Assembly (NCBI GenBank): GCA_019828565.1
Contig: JAHDYR010000005.1
Span: 1,631,992-1,695,991 of the forward strand
Source of the DNA: Carpediemonas membranifera BICM
Taxonomy: Eukaryota > Protista > Fornicata
Reading direction: 5' to 3'
DNA length: 64,000 nucleotides
The notes under the pieces were generated by a model that saw only the letters and a list, made by a program, of their open reading frames with translations, ran no database searches and was not told where the DNA came from. Every line of letters starts with the position of its first letter. Within the stretch, counting starts at the first letter, position 1. Below are positions 40,289 to 49,756 of this stretch, piece after piece. A program made the position numbers and the translations under genes.

Positions 40289-42661
40289 ATGGCGTTCATG
40301 AGTCAGTCAAAATTCGTCTCAGATCCGGAAGGTGCAGTTTTGGGGCTTAATGCAACCATGGAGGAAAATACTGGCTTTTGGCAACGTGCCATAGTTCGAA
40401 ACAGGCACCACCATGAAGACCACGGACAGCTTATGTCAAAAATGAGCAAGTATGACTCTTTAGAGTACCAGGACACTTTCTGTGCGGCATCTGTCGCACA
40501 GCGCCATCGTCGGTCCAAGAAGGACGTCATCCTCTTTGATTTCTCCCGCTGGATGCTATCCTTCTTTATCGGCGTGATCACGGCGCTCGCTGCCGTCTTT
40601 ATCGACGTCAACGTTGTCTGGATGTCCACCATGAAATTCAACCTCACCAGCGGCCTCATCCGGTCAACAGAGGAGCTCGGGCCCTTCTTCCAGTTCCTAG
40701 TCCCCTTCATCTTCTTCATCGTCTTCAACTGCGGCCTGGTCGCCACCGCCACCTACTTTGTTGCCCGCATCGAACCTTGTGCTGCAGGCTCAGGCATCCC
40801 CGAGATCAAATCATATCTCAATGGTGTCCGAATCCCCATGGTGGTCCGTCTCCGCACCGCCATGTCCAAGGTCGTCGGCGTCCTCTTCTCTGTCGCTGGT
40901 GGACTCTGTGTGGGGAAGGAGGGCCCAATGATCCACACTGGCGCCATTGTAGGGGCCGGCATCAGTCAGGGCAAGTCCATCGACATGCCCCTCGTCCATA
41001 GGATTCCCATGGCTTTCCTCAAGCCCTTTAGAAACGACCATGAGAAGCGCGACTTTGTTTCATGCGGCGCTGCTGCTGGTGTCGCAGCCGCCTTCGGTTC
41101 CCCGACCGGTGGCGCACTGTTCTCCCTTGAGGAGGCCTCGTCCTTCTTCAACCAGGGCCTCACGTGGCGTATCTTCTTCTCCTCGATGATTTCGACCTTC
41201 ACGCTCAACATCGTGCTCAGCGGTGTCCGTGGCTATGGTTGGGGCAACCTTTCCCAACCTGGTCTCATCACGTTCGGCATGTTCAACAAGGCCACCTACA
41301 CGCTCTACCAGCTGCCCCTATTCCTACTGTTAGGTGCTTTCGGTGGTGTCATGGGTGCTGGTTTCAACGCTGCAAACACTCGTATCTCCCGACTTCGTAT
41401 CAAATACCTCAAGGGCAACTATAAGATGCTGGAGGCCATCCTCATAGCCTTCATCACTGCCACCTGCCAGTTCTGCCTCCCGTTCATCATGTCTGGCGTG
41501 CTAAACCAGTGCGTGCCCCACCGTCCTGGTGTCACGGATCAGGCCAAGCAGTTCTACTGTCCCGAGGGCCACTACAGTGACATCGCCACCCTCTTCTACA
41601 ACCCCCAGGAGGACGCCATCCGCAGTCTATTTCACAGCCAGTACCAGCTCAGCATGGGCGGGCTGTTCCTGTTCGCCGTCGTCTACTACTGCCTTGCCAT
41701 CGTCACATACGGCGTGGCCGTCCCGTCCGGGCTATTCGTCCCCTGCCTGCTCAGCGGGGCCGCGTTTGGCCGCATCTACGGCCGTCTGATCAGCCTGGTC
41801 TTCCCCGGCATCGACACTGGTAACTTCGCCCTCATTGGCGCAGCGTCCATGCTCGGCGGTGTCGCCAGGATGACTATCAGCCTCACTATCATCCTGCTAG
41901 AGGCCACGAACGACATCCAGTACGGCATGCCCATCATGCTCACTATTATGACGGCCAAACTTGTTGGGGATCTCTTCAACAAGGGTCTGTACGACATCCA
42001 CATCCACCTCAAAGCAGTCCCGTTCCTGGAGTTCGAGCCCCCGCACTGCATGGATTACCTCGAGGCCGGTGACATCATGTCGAGGGACCCCATAACCATC
42101 CCCCCTGTTGTCACGGTCGAGCAGGTTACCAGCCTCATGAAGCTGTACGGTCACCAGGCCTTCCCCGTCGTTGACCCCGTCACAGGCAAGCCTCTGGGCC
42201 TCATCACGGTCCCCATCCTAACTGGCATGCTGATTAACTCAATATTTATCAAAGACGAGTCCGAGGCAGATGGATCGCGGTCGACCTTCAGCACTGGCTC
42301 TGCTCTTCCCCAGCATTTCGACTGGTATCATTTCAGTGACTCGGTCTACCCCCGATTCCCTTCGGTCGACAAGATCCTGTCGACCCTAACCGAGTCAGAT
42401 CTGGAGCAACGGATGGACATCCAGCCGTTCATGGACCCGTCGCCCCACACGGTACGCACGCAGACCCCGGTCATCAGGGTGTTTACACTGCTTAGGGGCC
42501 TCGGGCTGCGGCACATTCTTGTCGTAAGCGATGACGGCACCCTCGTGGGAATTGTGTCGAGAAAGGACCTTGTTGAGGAGGTCGCTGAGAGCTTCCTCGG
42601 CGCTACGAAGGGGAGGGATCGAGCTCAGACTGTGGCTGACACTATTCCTCTGTTGCCATGA
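40289..42661 (+). CDS. CLC-6/CLC-7-type Cl-/H+ antiporter with two CBS domains
   Basis: GSGIPE, GKEGPMIH (gating Glu), LFSLEE (proton Glu), GLFVP, GLYD, C-terminal CBS pair. Confidence 0.97.
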   Translation: MAFMSQSKFVSDPEGAVLGLNATMEENTGFWQRAIVRNRHHHEDHGQLMSKMSKYDSLEYQDTFCAASVAQRHRRSKKDVILFDFSRWMLSFFIGVITALAAVFIDVNVVWMSTMKFNLTSGLIRSTEELGPFFQFLVPFIFFIVFNCGLVATATYFVARIEPCAAGSGIPEIKSYLNGVRIPMVVRLRTAMSKVVGVLFSVAGGLCVGKEGPMIHTGAIVGAGISQGKSIDMPLVHRIPMAFLKPFRNDHEKRDFVSCGAAAGVAAAFGSPTGGALFSLEEASSFFNQGLTWRIFFSSMISTFTLNIVLSGVRGYGWGNLSQPGLITFGMFNKATYTLYQLPLFLLLGAFGGVMGAGFNAANTRISRLRIKYLKGNYKMLEAILIAFITATCQFCLPFIMSGVLNQCVPHRPGVTDQAKQFYCPEGHYSDIATLFYNPQEDAIRSLFHSQYQLSMGGLFLFAVVYYCLAIVTYGVAVPSGLFVPCLLSGAAFGRIYGRLISLVFPGIDTGNFALIGAASMLGGVARMTISLTIILLEATNDIQYGMPIMLTIMTAKLVGDLFNKGLYDIHIHLKAVPFLEFEPPHCMDYLEAGDIMSRDPITIPPVVTVEQVTSLMKLYGHQAFPVVDPVTGKPLGLITVPILTGMLINSIFIKDESEADGSRSTFSTGSALPQHFDWYHFSDSVYPRFPSVDKILSTLTESDLEQRMDIQPFMDPSPHTVRTQTPVIRVFTLLRGLGLRHILVVSDDGTLVGIVSRKDLVEEVAESFLGATKGRDRAQTVADTIPLLP

Positions 42662-43249
42662 GTAAAGGCGGTATCATTAGTTCGGTGGGTAGTTTTCTGG
42701 GACCAGAATCAACGGATTTGTCACCCTCAACGGATCACGCTGCTGCCCCATGGTGTGATTCTGATAAACTACACGACAGCTTGCGATTTCGGGTGGGATT
42801 GGCCTTTGCTTAATGGAGTCGACACCGAGGGAAAGTCTGAAATGGACCACGAGTGTCAACCGTAAATTTGCTATCCCATTCAATCGGCAAAACATTCATA
42901 TGCGTCTAGTCGTGACAATAAATGCTCTGCGGACCCGCGGAGGAGCTGAGACCGCATGTTTGATATAGGGTTTACATAAGGGATAAAACGCAATAAATCC
43001 CAAGAACAGATAGAATCAGCATCTGGGTGCATGAATATACACATTCACTGCAGAGAACCGGACGCTCTCGAAGAGACGCACATTCGTCGGGTGACCGACC
43101 CAGCAGCAGAATTAGCCGCAGAGGCTATGTTTAACTGTAACTTCCTCCCACCGACGGTTGAATAGAAGCCCGTGAGCTCTGCCTTCCAGCCAAAGAGTAA
43201 GAGTTTCCTATATGTTAGGATATATACATCGAAAAATCGGGCGATTAAT

Positions 43250-43331
43250 GAGTGGGTGGCCGAGTGGTTAAGGCGGTAGACTGCTAATCTGTTTCCCTAG
43301 TGGAGCGTGGGTTCGAATCCCATCTCACTCG
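43250..43331 (+). tRNA. tRNA-Ser(GCT)
   Basis: Acceptor GAGTGGG/CTCACTC, A box TGGCCGAGTGG, anticodon loop CT-GCT-AA, long variable arm, GGTTCGAATCC, followed by TTTT. Confidence 0.95.
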
Positions 43332-43384
43332 ACTTTTGCACGCCCAAGAGAGATTCGCAGTTTAAAAATCAGCGATGCAAAAGT
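43332..43384. terminator. Pair of Pol III terminators (ACTTTTGCA on each strand) between convergent tRNAs
   Basis: ACTTTTGCA at 43332-43340 and its reverse complement at 43376-43384, each immediately 3' of a tRNA. Confidence 0.7.
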
Positions 43385-43456
43385 GAGGCGTACCGGATTT
43401 GAACCGATGACCTTCGGGACTGGAATCCGACGCTCTACCAGCTGAGCTAACACCCC
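43384..43456 (-). tRNA. tRNA-Trp(CCA)
   Basis: GGGGTGT/ACGCCTC acceptor, GCTC/GAGC D stem, TCGGA-TT-CCA-GT-CCCGA anticodon arm, GGTTCAAATCC T arm, followed by TTTT. Confidence 0.92.
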
Positions 43457-44026
43457 GGCCAAAATTGGAACTCGCTGATTAACCATACAGTGCTTTATCC
43501 TCAACCCTCAATTTGGCCCAGTTTTCTCTATCAAAGATGTCAACGTAGCTTATCGCCATGTAGACCTCAATAATATGCCCGGTGTATCCTTTCCGAATGG
43601 TACAAGCGATGATTTCAACACCTTGTGGTGATGATAGATGCAGTTGAGCAGTTGTCAGCTGTTAAAAATACGAAATAAATTATCGAGTCGAGTTGTATGT
43701 ACTTCATGGCAGGTGTATGTGCCAGTTCTGACTCGGCTTAGGAATGGATGACATCATGACTCAGGAAACGCTTGGAGGTAATCGGTCAGAGTAGCACGCG
43801 AGAAATGACGAACATATCTCAACAATGCATATAAGACGATGAACGGGATAGGCTTATCCCATGCTGACCCGCCTTGTTCCATCGTCACGGGTTATTCATG
43901 TCGAGCAATCTTTCTTCTCAGTGTGTCAAGGAAAGTCAGTTGGTAACGTTGGCATGTGATGGAGAACATCGCCCCTTCATCCGTCCACCTACCCACGATC
44001 AATCACCCATTTATGTCACAATCCCA

Positions 44027-45106
44027 TCATATCTCAAACACAGCACTCTCGCGAACCTTTTCCTCAACATTGAAAACGAACCGAAGAAGATGTGCGATTT
44101 CTCTCCACCACCCCACGAGGTATAGCACGATATCATGAAGCGTGTGTGGGCGATCATGCGGTGCACTCTGGCCTGTGGATCCAGCCACGGCATGCTTCCT
44201 AAGGTTGGCGAAATGAATCGGCATGGAGATGAACACCAGCAAGGAGGCAACGAGGACGAAGTAGGTTCGTACCACAAGCTTGATAGCGTGTCCGGCGTCG
44301 CCCAGTAGGAATTCTACCGCCATGTGAACAATCGACTCTGGAATGGAGTCATCTTCAAACTTCTCATGAGTCATGGTATGACGGATGAATGCGACAACAT
44401 GGAACAAAAGACCGGTAGGGATCTGTGTTACTGTGAAGAGAACTACGGTGTCGACGAGGTGGAGGAAGGCCTTCGTCTTTGCCCCGATGGCCTGATGGAA
44501 GCGGTGGACTGCCAGTACTCGCCAGACGATAGCAAGGGCCCTGCGGATGACGTTAGCGTCTCTCATGTCACTCACGGTGACGAATAGGGGAAGGTAGGCG
44601 AGTGTAGTGAATATCTGGCTGGCGACGACAAAGCTGATGATATACTCGGGAACACCCACTGCCTGGATGTTACCGATGCTGGTGTTGACCAGGCTCTGCG
44701 TTGTGGGTGCCAGGGCGACGATGGTGCCGAGAACGAGCAGTGTGAGTGTGGGAATACCTCGGATCATTAGGCCGTAGGAGGGGGCAATGTATAGATTGTG
44801 CATGCCCTTAGTGAGGACGGAGAAGGCGTCTAGGACGGCTATGACACCGATGGGGATACACGAGACGAAGAAAAGAAGCTCCATTTCGATAAGATGGCGT
44901 GGGAACAGTGTGGAGATTGCAATGGTCGCTACTTGCAGGGCAAGAAGATATAAGCCGTATAGGCTATTCAACACAAAGAGTATCAAGTCTGTTCGGAAGG
45001 CCAGACGCTCGTGAATTGAGTCAATATCGTGGGCTCGCGTCATGGTCTTGAAACGACTGATCCGCTTGACATTCTGGCCTTTCTCAATTGTTTTGTACTT
45101 GTGCAT
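44027..45106 (-). CDS. Hypothetical multi-pass membrane protein (possible short upstream exon at 45219-45226)
   Basis: About 360-codon ORF with 6-7 hydrophobic segments. No family recognised. GTATGT donor-like site at 45218. Confidence 0.7.
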   Translation of the reverse strand: MHKYKTIEKGQNVKRISRFKTMTRAHDIDSIHERLAFRTDLILFVLNSLYGLYLLALQVATIAISTLFPRHLIEMELLFFVSCIPIGVIAVLDAFSVLTKGMHNLYIAPSYGLMIRGIPTLTLLVLGTIVALAPTTQSLVNTSIGNIQAVGVPEYIISFVVASQIFTTLAYLPLFVTVSDMRDANVIRRALAIVWRVLAVHRFHQAIGAKTKAFLHLVDTVVLFTVTQIPTGLLFHVVAFIRHTMTHEKFEDDSIPESIVHMAVEFLLGDAGHAIKLVVRTYFVLVASLLVFISMPIHFANLRKHAVAGSTGQSAPHDRPHTLHDIVLYLVGWWREIAHLLRFVFNVEEKVRESAVFEI

Positions 45107-45385
45107 ACGTTGTTGAGTGTTCAAAGCAGCATCCGTAACAGTACTACTTCGTCTCGCACGCTGTAAGTCCAGAAGTCAGCAGAAATGATAGGATCAAACC
45201 ATTTATGCGTTTACATACCTGGCCATATACAAGCACATCCGGCCCAGGTCAGCCCGAGCTCAATCACTAGCAGCCAGGAGCAGTACAGCCCACAACAGTC
45301 AGGAAAAAAATGAGTCCACAAAATGAAAATTTACGGAGATCTCTTCACGAGACTAATCCACACAAAACCAACAAGCCATGACACG

Positions 45386-47797
45386 TCATACTGCCATAAA
45401 AGCAGGGGGGAAGAACCCCCGCCTCCCATCCTCAGTCTCGCCATACAGCCACTGCCCCGCCTCTCCAGTAACTCGAGCCGAGTCGCCCCGTCGCATGGTA
45501 AGCATGCGGGGGTCTGCCGAGATGAAATCAAAGCGGGCCCGGACTATTCGAGACCGGCGGACCTGTCGTACCTCGATCGTATCTGGAGATTCGTTGGTCT
45601 CAGTCCATTTTTTGATAAATTCGGCCAAGATTGCGTAAATCACCGCCTTTTTCGATGATGAAAACACGAGTGGGGTTGTATGACTGGGAATGAACAAGCT
45701 GAAGCACTTCCCCGGCCTATCATGCAGCATGATCCCAGGCTTGAACTTGAACCTGTGCAACACGGTCCTCCTCTTTCCCGCGCCCTTTCTCAGCCACACA
45801 GTGAGGTCAGACGGAGTCATATCAACATCCACAGCAATTCTCTCCCCTCCTTCATCAAGCCTGAGGTTGAACGTCGCCATTCCTCGTTCCACGGCTCGTC
45901 CGACCAGCTTTCGTCCACTCTTACACACAGTTGGACACGGGTCAGCGCTGAACACGGGTGGACTGCGTACTGTCGAGACACTGAGCTGACGCATCGATTG
46001 TGTGCCCAGAGGCGTGTTGATTCCAGGAATATTGTGGGCCGACCCGGCAGGTTCCTCAGTCAAGGCGAGGTTGGAAGGCCGAGTAGACTCTGGCGAGGCT
46101 GTCTCCACCACCTGCCAACGGGATTGGGGAAGGATCTCGTCTGTACCCTCGGCACATGACCCTGCTCCACCGTGACCTCGGCTGGTCGCCCGCAGTAATA
46201 AACTGTCTAATAAATCTGAGTCGGAGCCTGACTCCAGCTCGCGGCTCAAGACATCAGTGTCTGCATCCTCGAGAAGCTCGGTGGTCGCCTCAGCATCTTC
46301 CCTCCAGTGTGCTTCATGGTCTTCTCGTGCAGTGAGTGGTGAAAAAAAGAAGGCATCCTGACTCGACTCGAAGTCAGATTGACCGACAATCTTTGTGAGA
46401 TCGTCCGTATCAGTATCAGTATCACATGAATCCATTTGAGACGGTGTATCCGTCGTATCTAAATGATACAATCGATTCATCGTCATCTCCTCATAATCAG
46501 GATCATATTCGCTATCAGATCCGCAAACCAACCCAGAAACCACCCGATCTCTTCCCTTTGGTCGTGGAACCCTGCCCTTCGGCTTCCCAGGCTCCTCTAG
46601 GGTTGATATAGTCAATGGACTATGCCTTTCCATGACTTCTGGCGTGGCCGATTCGGGTAGGGGGGAGTCCACATGCTCGTTGACTCTCGGCTTGCCAGGC
46701 TCCATGAGCGGAGAGGCTGGGGTGCCAGGCGTGTCGCGTGCTGGTGGGGTAGATGCATTTGGTGGGATTGTAAGCGGTGCTGGGGGTATATGGGCGATGG
46801 TGGGGTTGTGTGGCCTTTCTGGGCGATCAGAGTGGGCTTGAGGCGGCCTCTGCTGGAGTGTGTTGACATGGCATCCAGAAGCAGCGGCCGCGGCCTCTAG
46901 CTCCTTCACCGAGGAGGGGGTCAGGTGGTTTGCTCGCAAGTTGAGTGATACGAGGTGACCTTCGGCCAGAATAGATCTGAGACCGGCCATAGAAGAATCA
47001 GTGATGTCACAAAAACTCAGGTCGACCCTCCTTACACTAGTGTGACAACGCAGTCCGTCTACCAAGTGCTGGAAACCGGCATCGCCCAGGCTGTTGTTGC
47101 CCAAGACAACAGATTCGAGGGTAGACCCGCATGGGGATGATGGGGAGACGAGGGCAGACAGCCCATGGTCTGGCCTGAGCGATGTACCCCACAAGTTGAC
47201 TGACCGAAGCTTGGGCAATGTGGCGAGGGTGGCAAGGAGGGTTGACGTCTGATCGCCCACGTCACAACAGAATAGGTCGAGGTCAGCGAGCTCGGGGCAG
47301 GGTGAGGAGGCCAGGGTTGAGTAAAAGCCTTTGCTCAGTGGGTTTCCTGAGAGAGAAAAGGCTCGAAGGGAGGCGAAGGAGGTGAGTAGGGCAGAAACGA
47401 CCGAGGAGGAGTGAATGGAAAGGTTGTTAACTCGGGCATGGAACTCTAGCAGGTCGGAACCCTGTAGCGCCTCAATGATGGCGGACAGTCCGCGGTAGGT
47501 GAGAAAATTGCCCGACACGGCGACAGTACGGATGGACTTAGTCGAATAGGCGAGGAGATCAGCGAGTGCTGGGATACTATCATCTGTAAGACCTAGAGAG
47601 CTGATGTCTAGCGAAGTAGGGCTTCGTTTCAGGCGCTCAGCGAGTATGTTTTGAGTAGAATGCTGGTTCTCGCCGCTCCTTGAAGCTGTGGGCCCGAGAT
47701 CTAGCGGCTGTTCTATTTGTACAGGTTTAACATTAGCGGTAACGCCACGAGTACTAAGCTGGTCGAGAAGCTTCATACAAGGGCAGTTGTTGTTCAT
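45386..47797 (-). CDS. RNI-like LRR protein with C-terminal PH-like and SH3 domains
   Basis: LRRs (LDISSLGLTD, LSGNPLS, LGNNSLGDAG, VDLSFCDITD, LNLRANHLT), acidic linker, beta-rich block, terminal SH3 VRARFDF..LTMRRGD..WLYGE..RRGFFP. Confidence 0.85.
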   Translation of the reverse strand: MNNNCPCMKLLDQLSTRGVTANVKPVQIEQPLDLGPTASRSGENQHSTQNILAERLKRSPTSLDISSLGLTDDSIPALADLLAYSTKSIRTVAVSGNFLTYRGLSAIIEALQGSDLLEFHARVNNLSIHSSSVVSALLTSFASLRAFSLSGNPLSKGFYSTLASSPCPELADLDLFCCDVGDQTSTLLATLATLPKLRSVNLWGTSLRPDHGLSALVSPSSPCGSTLESVVLGNNSLGDAGFQHLVDGLRCHTSVRRVDLSFCDITDSSMAGLRSILAEGHLVSLNLRANHLTPSSVKELEAAAAASGCHVNTLQQRPPQAHSDRPERPHNPTIAHIPPAPLTIPPNASTPPARDTPGTPASPLMEPGKPRVNEHVDSPLPESATPEVMERHSPLTISTLEEPGKPKGRVPRPKGRDRVVSGLVCGSDSEYDPDYEEMTMNRLYHLDTTDTPSQMDSCDTDTDTDDLTKIVGQSDFESSQDAFFFSPLTAREDHEAHWREDAEATTELLEDADTDVLSRELESGSDSDLLDSLLLRATSRGHGGAGSCAEGTDEILPQSRWQVVETASPESTRPSNLALTEEPAGSAHNIPGINTPLGTQSMRQLSVSTVRSPPVFSADPCPTVCKSGRKLVGRAVERGMATFNLRLDEGGERIAVDVDMTPSDLTVWLRKGAGKRRTVLHRFKFKPGIMLHDRPGKCFSLFIPSHTTPLVFSSSKKAVIYAILAEFIKKWTETNESPDTIEVRQVRRSRIVRARFDFISADPRMLTMRRGDSARVTGEAGQWLYGETEDGRRGFFPPAFMAV

Positions 47798-47932
47798 ATT
47801 ATGATAGATCCGAGCCCACCACATAATTCACGTAAATCCCCATGAATGATTCAGAGTGGCGACCCAACCCAAGTCACTGATCAACTACTACACCATCCAC
47901 CTCCTTATTTACAAGTACAGCAATCACCCAAC

Positions 47933-48760
47933 CTATCTCTTTATCGCCATCCGACCACCGTTCGGGAGCTTTTCAGCACACAACTCGCACAAGCACAGAC
48001 TAAGAGAGTCCTCTAGGAGGTTCACAGGGTCACACTTCTTGTGCCACACCGATCTACACCGCACGCAGGTCACTGCCTCTGGCGCATCCTGCTTCGCCAC
48101 TACTTTGAGGCATTTGACGCATACATGGCCTGGACAAACGAATGAGTCTGCCTGGATAACTGGCGGGGGTCTCTTTCTTGCTATGTTATACGCCACCAAG
48201 GCCTCTACGCAATGTGTATGCATGAAGCAGAGGCAGTGAGGCACAGAACAGCGGCGGACTGTCCCAGTGTGGTCGTGCATGCCTCCTGTATCCGAGAAGG
48301 GCCCGCTCAGACCGCACCAAGGCGCCGAGCATGCCCTGTGGCCGTGGGCGCACCCTGGACATACCCATTCATCTTCTGCACCGGGAGATTGGTCAAGACC
48401 GCCGCACGCAAGGCAGAAGCCCCTATCACAGCTGTCGCAGTACACAATCTCAGAGGTGATGGCTCCTTGGAGGCAATAGAAGCATGCATCCTCGTCATTG
48501 ACAGCTTTCGGTTGAATCCTTTTGGATAATGTGTCAGGAAATATGTCCGTGGGCACAACATTCACTCCTAGCTTCTCTTTAGGGGCTTTCGAGACCTCTA
48601 GATTCTTCTCAAACTCATTGATGATCGTTTCATCGGTAAAATCTTCGGGACGGACCCATGAGCGCTCATTGTATCCTAGCCACGATACCAGGTACTCATA
48701 GTTCCCCCGTGTGCCTCTGCGGCGTACAATCCGCTCGATTTCATACACCTCATCGTCCAT
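47933..48760 (-). CDS. Chromodomain + tandem PHD-type zinc finger protein
   Basis: YEIERIV..YEYLVSWLGY..SWV chromodomain. CFYC..YCDSCDRGFC..C..WVCPGC is followed by two further C/H-rich fingers. Confidence 0.9.
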   Translation of the reverse strand: MDDEVYEIERIVRRRGTRGNYEYLVSWLGYNERSWVRPEDFTDETIINEFEKNLEVSKAPKEKLGVNVVPTDIFPDTLSKRIQPKAVNDEDACFYCLQGAITSEIVYCDSCDRGFCLACGGLDQSPGAEDEWVCPGCAHGHRACSAPWCGLSGPFSDTGGMHDHTGTVRRCSVPHCLCFMHTHCVEALVAYNIARKRPPPVIQADSFVCPGHVCVKCLKVVAKQDAPEAVTCVRCRSVWHKKCDPVNLLEDSLSLCLCELCAEKLPNGGRMAIKR

Positions 48761-48872
48761 GACGTTCCCTCACCGGGATTGGCGGAGCACGAGTCGTCTC
48801 GAGTCGCATTAGAATACAGCTTGGAAAGACACCTTGAGTGGCCCAGAACAAGCCAGTAACCAACCATTCTGT

Positions 48873-49460
48873 CTAAGTTTTATCACATCCACTTGCTCCA
48901 CCGTTATCAATGGGTCGGATGACTCTGCACGGGTTACCCGCAGCTACCACGTCAGAAGGGACGTCCATAGTCACTACTGACCCTGCCCCGATGACACTGT
49001 TAGCTCCTACGGTGACCCCGGGGCATATTATAGCTCCCCCACCGATCCAAACATTGTCGCTGATGATGATGGGTTTCCCGAACTCAACCGCGTCAACTAC
49101 CCGCCCTTGTACATCCAATGGGTGTGCAGCAGTGTACAGCTGGACGTTTGGACCGAGCATCACGTTTTCTCCTATCGTAATGGGGCAAATATCAAGCATA
49201 GTGCAGTTGAAGTTGGCATAGAAGGAACGGTCAAGGTGGATGTTAGTGCCATAGTCGCATCTAAATGGTGGCTCAATGAATGCGTCGTTAGAACCAGGGA
49301 TAAGGCTGTTGATTGCTTCGCGCCACTCTGGTGTCATTGGAATTGAAACATTGAGGGCTTTCAGCTTGTAGCGAGCAGCAATACGAGCATCAACTAACTC
49401 AGTATCCCATGCATCGTAAGCTTCACCAGCAATCATCCTGTCCCATTGCCTTTCCGTCAT
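48873..49460 (-). CDS. maa: Maltose/galactoside O-acetyltransferase (hexapeptide repeat)
   Basis: MIAGEAYD, IEPPFRCDYGTNI, GPNVQLYTAAHP, NVWIGGGAIICPGVTVG, GAGSVVT.DVP..VVAAGNPCRVIR. Confidence 0.92.
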   Translation of the reverse strand: MTERQWDRMIAGEAYDAWDTELVDARIAARYKLKALNVSIPMTPEWREAINSLIPGSNDAFIEPPFRCDYGTNIHLDRSFYANFNCTMLDICPITIGENVMLGPNVQLYTAAHPLDVQGRVVDAVEFGKPIIISDNVWIGGGAIICPGVTVGANSVIGAGSVVTMDVPSDVVAAGNPCRVIRPIDNGGASGCDKT

Positions 49461-49756
49461 CCCTCGACACTGACTTCATCAAGTCGAAAATGGCCCGCCA
49501 CCCTGTTCCCGTTCATGATCGCTATAGACCCCCTTGCTACCCCCAACCCATCTGCCGGACTAGTTCCAACGTCGTATCATCGGCACAAGCAGTCGAAGCT
49601 CGTATGACACTTGACAGTAAGAACCCAGGGCAATTGAACCTAGTGGCCTGGTATGATGGTGTTCATGTCACATGATTAGCTGCTAACTGCAACGTACTGT
49701 TCTGGGTCTTCTTTCGCAGGTGCAGTTTTAGGAAGGCTGCCAGGCAATACTCCCAG

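Noticed and set aside
45211-45330. ACATACCTGGC resembling a U1 snRNA 5' end
   Set aside because: No U1-70K or U1A loops and no Sm site follow. It is better explained as a minus-strand CAG|GTATGT donor.
1-47800. Apparent Ran-cycle cluster (importin-alpha, exportin-7, RCC1-like, RanGAP-like LRR)
   Set aside because: The genes are scattered among unrelated ones, and the RCC1 and LRR proteins are not recognisable RanGEF/RanGAP orthologues. Likely coincidence.
49490-49756. Possible upstream exon and 69-nt intron (GTATGA..TTCGCAG, 49651-49719) extending RNF10 in frame
   Set aside because: The donor and branch spacing differ from the supported introns, the added peptide is unrecognisable, and its ATG is only 30 bp from the divergent maa start. 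An in-frame join has a 1-in-3 chance.
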